Positions 9,124 to 19,353 of a DNA stretch of 64,000 nucleotides are shown here, piece by piece (the stretch's first letter is position 1; every line of letters begins with the position of its first letter). Below the pieces are notes generated by a model. It did no database searches and had not been told where the DNA came from. It saw nothing but the letters and a program-made list of their open reading frames with translations. Both the position numbers and the translations under genes were made by a program. Source of the DNA: Candidatus Sysuiplasma jiujiangense (GTDB taxonomy: Archaea; Thermoplasmatota; Thermoplasmata; Sysuiplasmatales; Sysuiplasmataceae); the NCBI GenBank assembly GCA_019721075.1, contig JAHEAD010000002.1:26949-90948 (forward strand), read 5' to 3'.

Positions 9124-9632
9124 ACATGGACAAAGCTGCAGCGCTGGCAACGGTTGCAGCCTTCGCGATCCCGGGGCTCGTGATGGCATCACTGGTTTCG
9201 GGATGGTACATTGCCATATTTGCAGCAGTCGCGGCCGCCACTTCCATGTTAAGGTTACACAGGCACAGAAGCGCCGCCACTGTTCTGGGCTTTTCTGCTC
9301 TGCTGGTGTTCATTGGCTTAAGGCCCGGAAACCTGATGACAGAAATTGTCGGCGCCTTCCTCGTGCTGGTCATCGCTTCACTGGACAATTTGCCTGAAAA
9401 GGAGAATTCCGTTGGCAGCAGCATGCAGAATCGCGGAGGCGCTGAGCGGTTTTTCCTTTTTCAGCTGACCGGGTTGTTTATTGTCTCGACTGCGGTGGCA
9501 ATGGCTTCTGAAATTCTGTCATTTCAGATTGGTGTCAGCATAGACACCCTACTGCTCGTCGTACCGGTAGTTGGTTTCGCGATGCTCCTGATTATTTTTG
9601 CGGCAGAGGGCATCAGGAGAGAAAGCGGCTGA
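9120..9632 (+). CDS. Integral membrane protein, MoxR-cluster associated
   Basis: About 5-6 hydrophobic segments. Overlaps the DUF58 stop (GTGA). Confidence 0.7.
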   Translation: MNMDKAAALATVAAFAIPGLVMASLVSGWYIAIFAAVAAATSMLRLHRHRSAATVLGFSALLVFIGLRPGNLMTEIVGAFLVLVIASLDNLPEKENSVGSSMQNRGGAERFFLFQLTGLFIVSTAVAMASEILSFQIGVSIDTLLLVVPVVGFAMLLIIFAAEGIRRESG

Positions 9633-9761
9633 AGCCTTCCACCGACCGCAAACTGTCCCTCAGACCGCAAATCAAAATACCGACAATTTAATTAATAAAA
9701 TGGCATAGAGTCAGACGAAAACAATGTTAAATGGGCGTTTGAACTGCCCGGAGGAGAGGCG

Positions 9762-10715
9762 TTGCGTGAGATATCGCTGACAGGAGACTCTTTGAAGGAT
9801 GCTGTCAGGAAAATCAAAGCGAAGCATTCGATAATCGGAAGGGACAATGAACTCGAACAGGCGCTTATCTGTGCATCCGCCGGAAAACACATACTTATCG
9901 AGGGGCCCGTAGGTGTAGGAAAAACTATTCTGGCCGCATCAATTTCAGACTATCTTGACAGGCCGATTTTCAGAGTTGACGGCGACGAACGCTATACCGA
10001 ACAGAAACTCACAGGCTGGTTTGATCCGCCCGTAGTAATGCAGAAGGGCTACAACCAGGAGTCGTTCATAAGCGGCCCCCTTACGATGGCGATGACCAAG
10101 GGCGGCATCCTTTTCATCAACGAACTCAACCGCCTCAATGAAGGAGTGCAGAATGTCCTCCTTCCAGCCATGGACGAAATGAAGATTGAGATACCTAGAA
10201 TTGGAACGATATTCGCACAGAAGGGATTTCTGATAATCTCCACGCAAAACCCGAGGGAGTTCATTGCGACGAGCTCCATTTCTGAGGCACTGTCCGACCG
10301 GTTCGAACTGCTCCCCCTTTCATATCAGAGCGAGGAGGAGGAGAGAAGGATAGTACAGACAAGGACATCCATCTCTGACACGGATGCCATAGGACCCATT
10401 GTATCAATAATCAGGGAGACAAGGGTTCATCCATCTGTGAGACGCGGCGCCTCCGTCAGGGCCGCAACTAGCATGGCCGCCATAATGAATTACATGGGGA
10501 GGGGCATTGAGGATTACAGGAGGGCTGCATATCTCGCCATTCCGACAAGAATTGAGCTTCGTGAGGATTCCAAGAAAAACGTCTATGAAGTCATTGACGA
10601 AATAATAGACAGGGCAGTCAATCCTTTATTTGTGGGAAGTCCCGAAGCAGAAGTATCCCATTCAGCAGAGGAAATAAGCCGAAGTGACAGCGAAAAAAAA
10701 ACGATCGGGAAATGA
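9762..10715 (+). CDS. MoxR-related AAA+ ATPase (AAA_5, CbbQ/CoxD-like)
   Basis: HILIEGPVGVGKT Walker A, LFINELNR Walker B variant, STQNP, EALSDRF, GASVRA. Acidic linker-like C-terminus ending on an A9 tract. Confidence 0.88.
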   Translation: MREISLTGDSLKDAVRKIKAKHSIIGRDNELEQALICASAGKHILIEGPVGVGKTILAASISDYLDRPIFRVDGDERYTEQKLTGWFDPPVVMQKGYNQESFISGPLTMAMTKGGILFINELNRLNEGVQNVLLPAMDEMKIEIPRIGTIFAQKGFLIISTQNPREFIATSSISEALSDRFELLPLSYQSEEEERRIVQTRTSISDTDAIGPIVSIIRETRVHPSVRRGASVRAATSMAAIMNYMGRGIEDYRRAAYLAIPTRIELREDSKKNVYEVIDEIIDRAVNPLFVGSPEAEVSHSAEEISRSDSEKKTIGK

Positions 10716-10788
10716 GTCTGGAGCCTGAAAATGCCCTTGATCTGATGCAGAGGCTGAAGGGCATTGTTGATCTGCCGTCGGGCTCCAG
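10693..10788 (+). promoter_or_regulatory. Putative programmed -1 frameshift or slippage signal (A9 tract plus downstream hairpin)
   Basis: A9 at 10693-10701. The -1 frame is open from the tract to the VWA ATG. Stems 10718-10728/10778-10788 and 10730-10738/10757-10765. Confidence 0.6.
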
Positions 10789-11617
10789 CGACGATGTTGT
10801 CTGGTCAATCGCAAAGAACTATCAGAAAATAAGGCTCAAGGCAAAAGATCCCTCCCTGGTCCAGGCTGCAAAGAAGATAGCGATAAGGGCGATAATCGAA
10901 AGAACACTGCATCAGCTCGGGCCCACCAGAATGCCGATGGTGAACAGGAGAATAGAGTATTCACCCGGGGAGGAAGGGGAAATAGATGTGCCGGGAACGC
11001 TAGACAACGTTCACTCAATAGACAGCATCGATTCAAAGAGCATTATTCTTGAACGCAAGGAACTCAAGCACATAGCATGTGTCCTTATGATCGATGCGAG
11101 CCTTTCAATGACGGGTGAAAAACTGGCGATGGCTACGAGTTCCATTGCCGTTCTTGCACACAGGCTGAAAGGCATCGAATATGCAGTTATACTTTTCGAA
11201 AACAGATCCACCGTCATAAAAAAGATGGACAGTGAGGCAGACCTTGAAAAACTCATCGGGGATCTGCTCGATCTCAATGCCATGGGCTACACGAATATAG
11301 AGGAAGGACTGCGTGCGGGCATAATTGAACTTGAAAAGGCGAAAACCACAAATAAAATAGGCATAATTGTGACGGACGGAAATTATACCATGGGCCACGA
11401 TCCAAGGCAGCTGGCATCTGTCTTCCCCAAACTGCATGTAGTCATGACCACAGGGCTTGATGCCAGGGAGGACATATGCAGCGGCATGGCGCAGAAGGGA
11501 AAGGGCAAAATGTACGAGATAAAGAATTACGAGGAAATGCCCGGCGTCCTTTACAGCATAATAAAGACATTCCACCTGAGGCTCCATCAGAGGGGCGGGC
11601 TGAATGAAAGAATGTGA
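10712..11617 (+). CDS. von Willebrand factor A (VWA) domain protein
   Basis: MIDAS motif VLMIDASLSM, GYTNIEEGL, IIVTDG. GEIDVPGTL resembles the CoxE/ChlD pre-VWA segment. Confidence 0.88.
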   Translation: MSLEPENALDLMQRLKGIVDLPSGSSDDVVWSIAKNYQKIRLKAKDPSLVQAAKKIAIRAIIERTLHQLGPTRMPMVNRRIEYSPGEEGEIDVPGTLDNVHSIDSIDSKSIILERKELKHIACVLMIDASLSMTGEKLAMATSSIAVLAHRLKGIEYAVILFENRSTVIKKMDSEADLEKLIGDLLDLNAMGYTNIEEGLRAGIIELEKAKTTNKIGIIVTDGNYTMGHDPRQLASVFPKLHVVMTTGLDAREDICSGMAQKGKGKMYEIKNYEEMPGVLYSIIKTFHLRLHQRGGLNERM

Positions 11618-11733
11618 AACTGATTCTGCCCGCATCCCCGGCCCATAAGGTATTTGCCGGCCAATAATATAGCCAGTCAATAAGAACAGATTAATAATCA
11701 GTTCCATGTAGTGCAGCAGGCCATGGTGATTTA

Positions 11734-12780
11734 TTGTCTTCATACAGGATAACACTCATTCCCGGCGACGGTATAGGGCCGGAAGTAACAGGTGCCGCTG
11801 TTAAGGTGCTGGAGGCTACCGGCATAAAATTTGAATGGGACATTCACGAGGCAGGAGAAAAGGTAATCCAGAAAGAGGGGACACCGCTGCCACAGCACGT
11901 GCTGGACAGCCTGAAGAGAAACAGGGTAGGCATCAAGGGACCTCTGACAACGCCGATTGGCGGCGGATTCAGGAGCGTCAATGTAGCCCTCCGCCAGATG
12001 CTGGATCTTTATGCAAGCGTACGACCCGCGCGCTCTATAGCAGGGGAGGGGACACTCTACAGCGACATAGACCTGGTTGTCGTCAGGGAAGCAACCGAGG
12101 AACTTTACTCCGGCATTGAGCACTGGATAGACCGCGAACACTCCGCGGCAGAAAGCATTTCGGTAGTGACCAGGAAGGCTTCAGAGCGTATTGTTAGGTA
12201 CGCTTTCGAATATGCAGTGAAGGAAAATAGAAAGAAGATTACGTCCGTTCACAAGGCAAACATACTGAAGACAACCGGCGCGCTGTTCCAGGAGGTTTCA
12301 CAGCGTATTGCCAGGGATTTCCCGCAGATTGAGTTCGAGGAAAGGCTCATTGACAACATGGCAATGCAGCTTGTCAAAAAGCCCAACGATTATGATGTCA
12401 TAGTGACAACCAACCTGTTCGGAGACATACTTTCAGATCTCTGTTCAGGGCTGGCCGGCGGGCTTGGAATTGCGCCGGGTGCAATCATCGGCGACGAGAT
12501 AGCGCTTTTTGAACCAGTGCATGGCTCCGCTCCAAAGTATGCCGGGCAGAACAAGGTCAATCCCGTTGCCACCATCCTTTCAGGCGAAATGATGCTCAGA
12601 TATCTCGGTGAACGGAAGGCCGCGGAAAGGATATGGAATGCCGTATACGACACGGTGAAGGAGAAGAAGTTTGTAACATACGACCTTGCACTTCCGGGGT
12701 ATACCAGGAAGCCTGTCGCGCCGTCGACTTGCTCACAGATGGCGGACGAAATCGCACGTAAGGTCAGCGAAAGCCTGTGA
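11734..12780 (+). CDS. icd: Isocitrate dehydrogenase (beta-decarboxylating dehydrogenase family), probably NADP-type
   Basis: [28 protein letters not shown] (S-N-R-R isocitrate site), [28 protein letters not shown] suggests NADP. Homoisocitrate specificity not excluded. Confidence 0.78.
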   Translation: MSSYRITLIPGDGIGPEVTGAAVKVLEATGIKFEWDIHEAGEKVIQKEGTPLPQHVLDSLKRNRVGIKGPLTTPIGGGFRSVNVALRQMLDLYASVRPARSIAGEGTLYSDIDLVVVREATEELYSGIEHWIDREHSAAESISVVTRKASERIVRYAFEYAVKENRKKITSVHKANILKTTGALFQEVSQRIARDFPQIEFEERLIDNMAMQLVKKPNDYDVIVTTNLFGDILSDLCSGLAGGLGIAPGAIIGDEIALFEPVHGSAPKYAGQNKVNPVATILSGEMMLRYLGERKAAERIWNAVYDTVKEKKFVTYDLALPGYTRKPVAPSTCSQMADEIARKVSESL

Positions 12781-12783
12781 GTT

Positions 12784-14013
12784 TCAGATTTCCAGCCTTT
12801 CCCCTTTCTTCGGCATCAGAACGGTCTTTACGTCAAGGGCGTCTGCCAGAAGCTTCCTCTTCTCTCCGTCCCCATGAACCAGGATTACGGTTTCCGGATC
12901 GCATTTCTCCACGAACGAAACCAGCTCGCTGTGGCCGGCATGGGCCGACAGGTCGAACCTGTCGACTTCACACTGTATCTTTTCGATGACTCCGTTTATT
13001 TCCAGGGAACCCGTGGTCAGAAGGCGGTGCCCGTTTGACTCCTCGACCTGGAATCCGCTTATCAGTATGCCGCTCTTCGGATCGTCTTTGACCCGTTCTA
13101 TATAGCCGAGCGCGGGGCCGCCGTCCAGCATACCGCTGGTGGTGACAATCACATCCGCCCTGTCGCTGTGGTATCTGTCCTCGCCTGTTTCCACTTCATA
13201 TGCCTTCAGGCATGCCTTCCTGAGACTTTCGGCAGAGGCGACATAATTCTTCGAACGCATGTAAATTGAGTTGACCTTTCTCCCCATCCCGTCGACCCAG
13301 ATATTGAGGCCGGTCCTTTCAAGTATCATCAGCAATTCCTGTGTCCTTCCGACTGCGAACGCAGGAAGAATTGCCTGGCCGCCACGGTCCACAATCTCAC
13401 TGACCTTGTCAATCAGACGGTCTTCGACATCCTTCCTGTCCGGATGCTCCCTGCCGGCATAGGTCGATTCGACAACCATCACATCCGTTTTTACCGACTC
13501 CGCGCCTCCGACCAGCCTTGTTTCGGCCGTGTGTATGTCGCCTGTAAAAAGCACGTTCTTTTCTCCGCGAACCTCAATCATTGCCGCGCCGGGAATGTGA
13601 CCCGCCTTCCTGGGGATAAACTCGGTCCCGCCAATTTCGAACGGTGTTCCAAACCGCTCGACGGAAAACAGCTTCATTGCATCCTCCACGTCCGAGAAAT
13701 CATACGGTTCGCTGTACCCTTCCATCCTTGCGACTTTTATGCTGTCCAGCATCAGGATGCGGCCCACGTCCTTTGTAGGCATTGTTCCGTGCACGGGAAC
13801 CTGGTACATGGCTGTGAGCCATGGAATCATGCCGGAGTGGTCCACATGGGCGTGCGTGAGCACTATCTGGTCGACACGCGGAGCCTGCAGGGGGTAGACA
13901 GGAGGATCGCGGGGTATGAGACCATAGTCAAACATGACCTTCCCGAAGCCGTCCTCCATCATCACTGCGAGTCCTCCGACCTCATCGGCACCGCCGAAAA
14001 AATGGAATTTCAT
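12784..14013 (-). CDS. Metallo-beta-lactamase/beta-CASP ribonuclease (aCPSF2-like)
   Basis: THAHVDHSG, AGHIPG, FTGD, VESTYA, PAFAVGRTQE, SAHAG, VHGD. Confidence 0.9.
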   Translation of the reverse strand: MKFHFFGGADEVGGLAVMMEDGFGKVMFDYGLIPRDPPVYPLQAPRVDQIVLTHAHVDHSGMIPWLTAMYQVPVHGTMPTKDVGRILMLDSIKVARMEGYSEPYDFSDVEDAMKLFSVERFGTPFEIGGTEFIPRKAGHIPGAAMIEVRGEKNVLFTGDIHTAETRLVGGAESVKTDVMVVESTYAGREHPDRKDVEDRLIDKVSEIVDRGGQAILPAFAVGRTQELLMILERTGLNIWVDGMGRKVNSIYMRSKNYVASAESLRKACLKAYEVETGEDRYHSDRADVIVTTSGMLDGGPALGYIERVKDDPKSGILISGFQVEESNGHRLLTTGSLEINGVIEKIQCEVDRFDLSAHAGHSELVSFVEKCDPETVILVHGDGEKRKLLADALDVKTVLMPKKGERLEI

Positions 14014-14215
14014 TTACATCACCCGTGCAGTCGAAAAAGTTCCTGCAATATCTTTCATACATTTCCCTTGAAATACGTCTGTCATGCGCTCTTCACATCA
14101 TGAAAGCTTGACGGAGGAAGGCGGCATCAGAAAACTTCAGCATGTCCTTCCCGCACAGCTTTCGGGACTCTCCAGCAACAGGTTGGTATTAATCTTTTCT
14201 GACATTTTGCCGAAA

Positions 14216-15175
14216 TTATCTTCTCATTCTCGGGTCGAGTATGTCCCTCAGACCGTCACCGAGAAGATTGAGGCCGAGAGAATAAAGGAGAATGGCAAGT
14301 CCGGGAACGACAAATGTCCAGGGGTACTGAAGTGCCTCTATTATGCCGACACTCTTGTACTGGAAGTATGTTGCCAGATTTCCCCATTCAGGCAGGTAAA
14401 TGAAGTTTATGCCTATGTTTATGTAGTCAAGCGCTGCAAGCAGCAGGACGACGCTGCCTACATCGAGCGACATCTGAACAAACACAGGGTAAATTGAATT
14501 TGGTATCACATGCTTGAAGATAATCCTGGCTGCGCCGGATCCGGATGCTTTTGACGCCTCGACATATTTCAGCTCCCTTACAGAAAGCACCTGTCCCCTG
14601 ACCAGCCTTGCGTATGTCGGCCACCATATTATGATGAGGGAAGCCACCAGGAGCGTGAGAACACCGCCCGGGACATGAGCGAAATCCTCCCTGAAAACAA
14701 CGATCATGGCAATTGCAAGCACAATAAAGGGAATGGAGAAAAAGACATCGGTGATACGCATGAGGACGTCGTCGACGACCCCGCCTTTGTAGCCCGCAAA
14801 TGCACCGAGCAGTATGCCTATCAGTGCGCCCGACGCCACGACAGAAACTGAAATGCCCAGATCCACTCTTGCCGCCTTAATGACGGCTGGAAGCAGGTTG
14901 ATGCCGAAATACGTTGTGCCGAGGGGATATTTCCATGACTGAAACCATGGAATGAAGTTGTTCTGAAGGCTGTTTATGGGATAGAGCTGGTACGGGTTTC
15001 CGGTTGTAAGCACAGGTGAAAAAATTGCCAGAAAGACAAAGAAGGAGGTCATTATGAGACCCGCGAGTGCAAGCGGACTCTGCTTGAAATAATAAAATTG
15101 CCTCTTGAACTGGTCGATTCTTGGCGCAAGCGAGCCAATCACTGTCTTTTGTTTTTTGCCGTACGCGCCTGCCAT
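14216..15175 (-). CDS. Peptide/nickel ABC transporter permease (OppC/DppC-like)
   Basis: MRITDVFFSIP, YARLVRGQVLSVRELKYVEASKASG (EAA loop), NLLGDGLRDILDPR. Confidence 0.93.
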   Translation of the reverse strand: MAGAYGKKQKTVIGSLAPRIDQFKRQFYYFKQSPLALAGLIMTSFFVFLAIFSPVLTTGNPYQLYPINSLQNNFIPWFQSWKYPLGTTYFGINLLPAVIKAARVDLGISVSVVASGALIGILLGAFAGYKGGVVDDVLMRITDVFFSIPFIVLAIAMIVVFREDFAHVPGGVLTLLVASLIIIWWPTYARLVRGQVLSVRELKYVEASKASGSGAARIIFKHVIPNSIYPVFVQMSLDVGSVVLLLAALDYINIGINFIYLPEWGNLATYFQYKSVGIIEALQYPWTFVVPGLAILLYSLGLNLLGDGLRDILDPRMRR

Positions 15176-15182
15176 TGCCCTG

Positions 15183-16280
15183 TCACCCCAGCCTGACCCT
15201 TGGATCGAGGTATGCGTAGATTATGTCGACAATAAGGTTTGCAACGACAATGATGATTGCAAATACGAAGACCGATGCCATGATAGACGCAAAATCATCC
15301 ACTATTGCGGCCTCGGCCAGCCAGTATCCAATCCCGGGCCACGAGAAAATGTCCTCCGTGATCACCACGCCGCCCATCAGGGATGCCAGCAGCAGCCCGA
15401 GGATGGTAATCGTCGCTGAATACGCGTTCCTCTTGACATGCTTGTTGATGACGCGCTTCTGCGGCAGACCTTTTGCTTTTGCCGTGCGCACGTAATCCTG
15501 CCCCATGGCATCCAGCATGCTCGATCTCAGGAAACGCACTATTGCCCCCATGCTCGTCAGTGCTACCGTCAGGGCAGGAAGTGCAATATGGCCAAGCGCA
15601 TTCAGAAATGCCGGAAAATCGCCATAAAGGAGTGTATCAATAATCAGGAATCCGGTCGGTCTGGTGCCGAGAATCAATGCACCCTGGTGTACAACCCAGG
15701 GTTCAAATCTGCCTGACGCTGTAAAGTAATACGATGAATTCAGTGCGCCGGAAATGTCTGTTATGGGAATGTAGGGAGCGACTGCGAAGATTATAAGGAG
15801 ACCTAGCCAGAATGTCGGCGTCGAGTAGCTGATCATGGCCCAGAGCCTCGATGCATGGTCAGGCAACTTGTCCCTCCTCACTGCGGAAATTACGCCCAGG
15901 GGGATGGCGAAAATGATGATGAGGATTATCGATGCTATAGCCAGTTCGATGGTATTGGGAAGGCGTTCCTCCATAACCTGAAGGACTGGCCTGTAGGTGC
16001 CCACAAGGACGTCAAAGCCGCTGGTGAATCCCCAGTGACCGGTAACAAGTCCCTGCATATAGTAGAAGTACTGGACGAAAACAGGCGCTTTCAGATGATA
16101 TTCCGCGATTATCTTCGCTCTGGCAGCGGGAGTCCTTATTCTTCCTACAAGGGAACTCACCCAGAGACCGATGTCCGCCCTTGTAAGCAGGAAGGTAAAA
16201 ACCGTGACTCCAAGAACAACGGGGATAAGAAGCAGCAGCCTGCGAATGATGTAGGTACTCATCTTCATCTTATGTCTCAC
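15183..16280 (-). CDS. Peptide/nickel ABC transporter permease (OppB/DppB-like)
   Basis: YIIRRLLLLIPV, RSSMLDAMGQDYVRTAKAKG, NLIVDIIYAYLDPRVR. Confidence 0.93.
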   Translation of the reverse strand: MRHKMKMSTYIIRRLLLLIPVVLGVTVFTFLLTRADIGLWVSSLVGRIRTPAARAKIIAEYHLKAPVFVQYFYYMQGLVTGHWGFTSGFDVLVGTYRPVLQVMEERLPNTIELAIASIILIIIFAIPLGVISAVRRDKLPDHASRLWAMISYSTPTFWLGLLIIFAVAPYIPITDISGALNSSYYFTASGRFEPWVVHQGALILGTRPTGFLIIDTLLYGDFPAFLNALGHIALPALTVALTSMGAIVRFLRSSMLDAMGQDYVRTAKAKGLPQKRVINKHVKRNAYSATITILGLLLASLMGGVVITEDIFSWPGIGYWLAEAAIVDDFASIMASVFVFAIIIVVANLIVDIIYAYLDPRVRLG

Positions 16281-16397
16281 TCATCCTGGAGAAGCCGGGC
16301 TGGTATAGCAGGCGGAACCCTTACCACAGTACTCTGACTGTAATCGAACTATATAACATTTCATTTTTCCAGAAGTAAAATACCGGTAGCCGTGGAT

Positions 16398-17657
16398 TCA
16401 GGCAGCCTCCTTGAGAACGGATTCGTCGAAATGCTCGCCTGCTATTACGCTCGCCCTTTCTGCAGCGCCGATTATCCTGCTGTCCATCCTGTGGATGAGA
16501 TGGCATGCAACAAGATGCCCTGTGTGATTCCAGTCCTCCAGCTTTGGTTCCTTTTCCCTGCATATCTGTTCGGCATAGGGGCACCGCGTTCTGAACCTGC
16601 AGCCGCTCGGCGGAGACGCGGCGCTGGGAACATCCCCCGAAAGCAGTATCCTTTCCCTCCTGAGTAGGGGGTCAGGTATGGGGATCGCGGATATCAGCGC
16701 CTGCGTGTACGGGTGAAGGGGATGGATGAACAGTTCCTCTGTGGCAGAGACCTCGACTATCTTGCCCAGATACATCACGAGAACTCTGTTACACATCGCT
16801 CTTATGACACTGAGATGGTGCGATATGAAAAGGTAGGACATGTTATTCTTGGCCTGCAGATTTCGAAGCAGATTCAGTATCTGCGCCTGCACCGACACAT
16901 CGAGCGCAGATGTAGGTTCATCAAGAACGACAAATTTCGGGTCGAGGGCAAGAGCTCTCGCTATGCATAAGCGCTGTCTCTGTCCGCCGCTGAACTCGTG
17001 GGGGAAACGATAAAGGTGTTCCTCATTGAGACCGACGTCTGTTATCAGGGATGAAACACGTTCCTTTATTTCGCTCTTCGTCATTTTCGGGCCGGAAGGC
17101 GTCCGTCCCCGGCTTGCTGATTCGCCGTCAGGGTTCATTACCCATGTCCCGCGCTTGTAGATGCGAAGCGGTTCGCCGATTATATCCTTAACCAGCATCC
17201 TTGGATCGAGTGATGCAAATGGATCCTGGAATACAATCTGCATTGTTCTTCTGATCTCTTTGAGGCGATGGCTCTTTGCCTTGAATATGGAATAGCTTCT
17301 GGCATAACTGTTCAGTTTACCGACGATCTTGTCTGTTTCCTCCTCAGAGATATTTCCGCTCTCTTCAAGCCTTCGATACAACTCGCCGATCTCATCGAAT
17401 ATCTCGGGCGGCGCATCGATGTAAGCCTGTCCGGATGTCGGTTCAAGAAGCCTGAGCAACGTCCTGCCGGTTGTTGTCTTCCCGCAGCCGCTTTCGCCCA
17501 CCAGTCCCACTGTCTCGCCACGGTATATCTGGAAGGAGACATCATCGACAGCATGAACATAGCCTATATTCCTTGACATTACCCCTGCCTTAATGGGGAA
17601 GAGCTGCTTCAGGTGTCTTACATCCATGTAAAGTGCATCATGGCTGATGATTACCAC
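16398..17657 (-). CDS. Peptide ABC transporter ATP-binding subunit (OppF/DppF-like) with insertions
   Basis: [43 protein letters not shown]...VACH. Confidence 0.93.
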   Translation of the reverse strand: MVIISHDALYMDVRHLKQLFPIKAGVMSRNIGYVHAVDDVSFQIYRGETVGLVGESGCGKTTTGRTLLRLLEPTSGQAYIDAPPEIFDEIGELYRRLEESGNISEEETDKIVGKLNSYARSYSIFKAKSHRLKEIRRTMQIVFQDPFASLDPRMLVKDIIGEPLRIYKRGTWVMNPDGESASRGRTPSGPKMTKSEIKERVSSLITDVGLNEEHLYRFPHEFSGGQRQRLCIARALALDPKFVVLDEPTSALDVSVQAQILNLLRNLQAKNNMSYLFISHHLSVIRAMCNRVLVMYLGKIVEVSATEELFIHPLHPYTQALISAIPIPDPLLRRERILLSGDVPSAASPPSGCRFRTRCPYAEQICREKEPKLEDWNHTGHLVACHLIHRMDSRIIGAAERASVIAGEHFDESVLKEAA

Positions 17658-19170
17658 CGCCGTAAAGGAAACAGCTTACTGTATGATTCTGTGTCACTTC
17701 CACGGGCATCGGTATTGTTGTTCTGCAGATGTCCATTACGAAGGGGCATCTCGGATGGAAGCGGCATCCATCCGGAGGATGAAGGAGATTTGGAACGTTC
17801 CCCGATATCGTGGTCAGTTTCTTGCCGGGCATGTCGAGACGCGGAATCGCAGCCAGCAGTCCCCTGGTATAAGGGTGAAGCGGATTCTTGAATATTTCCC
17901 TGACAGACCCTGTTTCGGCCACGAGACCTGCGTACATGACTGCCACCCGGTCACAGATCTCGGATATCACACCGAGGTCATGCGTTATAAGCACAATGGA
18001 AGAATTGGTGGTGCTCTTCAATTTCCGCATCAAATCGAGTATCTGCGCCTGGATAGTTACATCGAGGGCAGTGGTTGGCTCATCCGCAATCAGCAGCGAA
18101 GGATTGCATGACAGGGCCATCGCGATCATCACCCTCTGCTGCATGCCACCGCTCAGCTCATGCGGGTAACTGCTCAGTATTTTATGAGCGTCCGGTATGC
18201 TTACCTGCTTGAGGAGACCTTCCACCCAGAGAGCGACTTCCGACCTGATGCTCATGTCGCATTGCCTTCTGGCGGCAATATTGAGTCTCCGGATCGCAAG
18301 TCTGCGCCTGCTCTTCCTCACCTGCGATGTTATCCCATTCAGCACAGCAAGGTCATTTCCGAGAAGGATCTCATTGCGTTCATTCTTGGCCAGGCGGTCT
18401 AACTCCTTCTCCAGTTCCAGCAGATGCTTTGCTGCCTCGGAAATGGAACCTATCCTTGCCGTCTGGATCGCTTCCCTGATCCTCCTGCTTCTCTTCTTTC
18501 CCCGCGAGAGTATGATATCGCACAGCTGGCTTCTCTGTTTTTCGTCCCTGACATATTTCGAAAGTGAATCCATGGCATTTGAACGCAGCTTTTCACTATC
18601 GCTTTCGGCAAGATCGAACTCTTCGGCGATCCTCTGCATTTCAGCCCTGAGACCGTCGAAGTTAACAGAACCCTTTGAAAGTATGGAATCGACAATTTCC
18701 GATTTTCTGTGCATGAGCAGCGCTTCCCCTACCTGCCTCTCCACCGTCATGACAGGATTGAGCGCGGTCGTTGGCTCCTGGAATATCATGGAAATTTCCC
18801 TTCCGCGGATACCCTGGAAAATTCTCTCCGTGAGCTTGATAATCCTCTTATTCCTGATGACCTTGGTTCTGCTTCCCCTTTCTACATATTTCGCCTCATA
18901 GGGAAGATAACGCGTAAGATCCGCGCCTTTGTAAATTATTTTACCCGAAACAATTCTTCCCGGAGGATCCTGTATGAGCTTGAGTATTGAGAATGCGGTG
19001 ACGCTCTTCCCGCATCCTGTCTCACCGACAATTCCGAGCGTTTCTCCCTTCCTGACGTAGAGGCTTACGCCGTCGAGAGCCTTTACAACACCATCATAGA
19101 CGAAAAAATATGTCCTGAGGTCCTCGATCCTCAGCAGAATATCAGAATCGTCCGGAAGGTTGATGCTCAT
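17638..19170 (-). CDS. Peptide ABC transporter ATP-binding subunit (OppD/DppD-like) with large helical insertion
   Basis: GETGCGKS, LSGGMQQR, ADEPTTALD, GCRFHPRCP. 510 aa versus the usual ~330. Confidence 0.93.
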   Translation of the reverse strand: MSINLPDDSDILLRIEDLRTYFFVYDGVVKALDGVSLYVRKGETLGIVGETGCGKSVTAFSILKLIQDPPGRIVSGKIIYKGADLTRYLPYEAKYVERGSRTKVIRNKRIIKLTERIFQGIRGREISMIFQEPTTALNPVMTVERQVGEALLMHRKSEIVDSILSKGSVNFDGLRAEMQRIAEEFDLAESDSEKLRSNAMDSLSKYVRDEKQRSQLCDIILSRGKKRSRRIREAIQTARIGSISEAAKHLLELEKELDRLAKNERNEILLGNDLAVLNGITSQVRKSRRRLAIRRLNIAARRQCDMSIRSEVALWVEGLLKQVSIPDAHKILSSYPHELSGGMQQRVMIAMALSCNPSLLIADEPTTALDVTIQAQILDLMRKLKSTTNSSIVLITHDLGVISEICDRVAVMYAGLVAETGSVREIFKNPLHPYTRGLLAAIPRLDMPGKKLTTISGNVPNLLHPPDGCRFHPRCPFVMDICRTTIPMPVEVTQNHTVSCFLYGGGNHQP

Positions 19171-19353
19171 GACGAATGCAGACCCTCCCTAAATTGCTGA
19201 AATATTTAATCGTTTTGAGCGTTTCTTCAGATCCGGTTCAAACCTGAAGTCCAACATCAAAGTAATCGCCGCTGTAATTGCTGTCAATCAATCAAAAGTT
19301 AGGGAAGATGTTTGGGTAAAAGATTTACATTCGTTTGACCGCTGGTTCAGAAT

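Noticed and set aside
18200-18710. Possible intein in the OppD-like ATPase
   Set aside because: No Cys/Ser start with a His-Asn end and no LAGLIDADG blocks. It looks like a helical insertion.
18197-18901. 234-aa + strand ORF and similar Ser/Leu-rich antisense ORFs across the window
   Set aside because: Reverse-frame shadows of well-supported genes.
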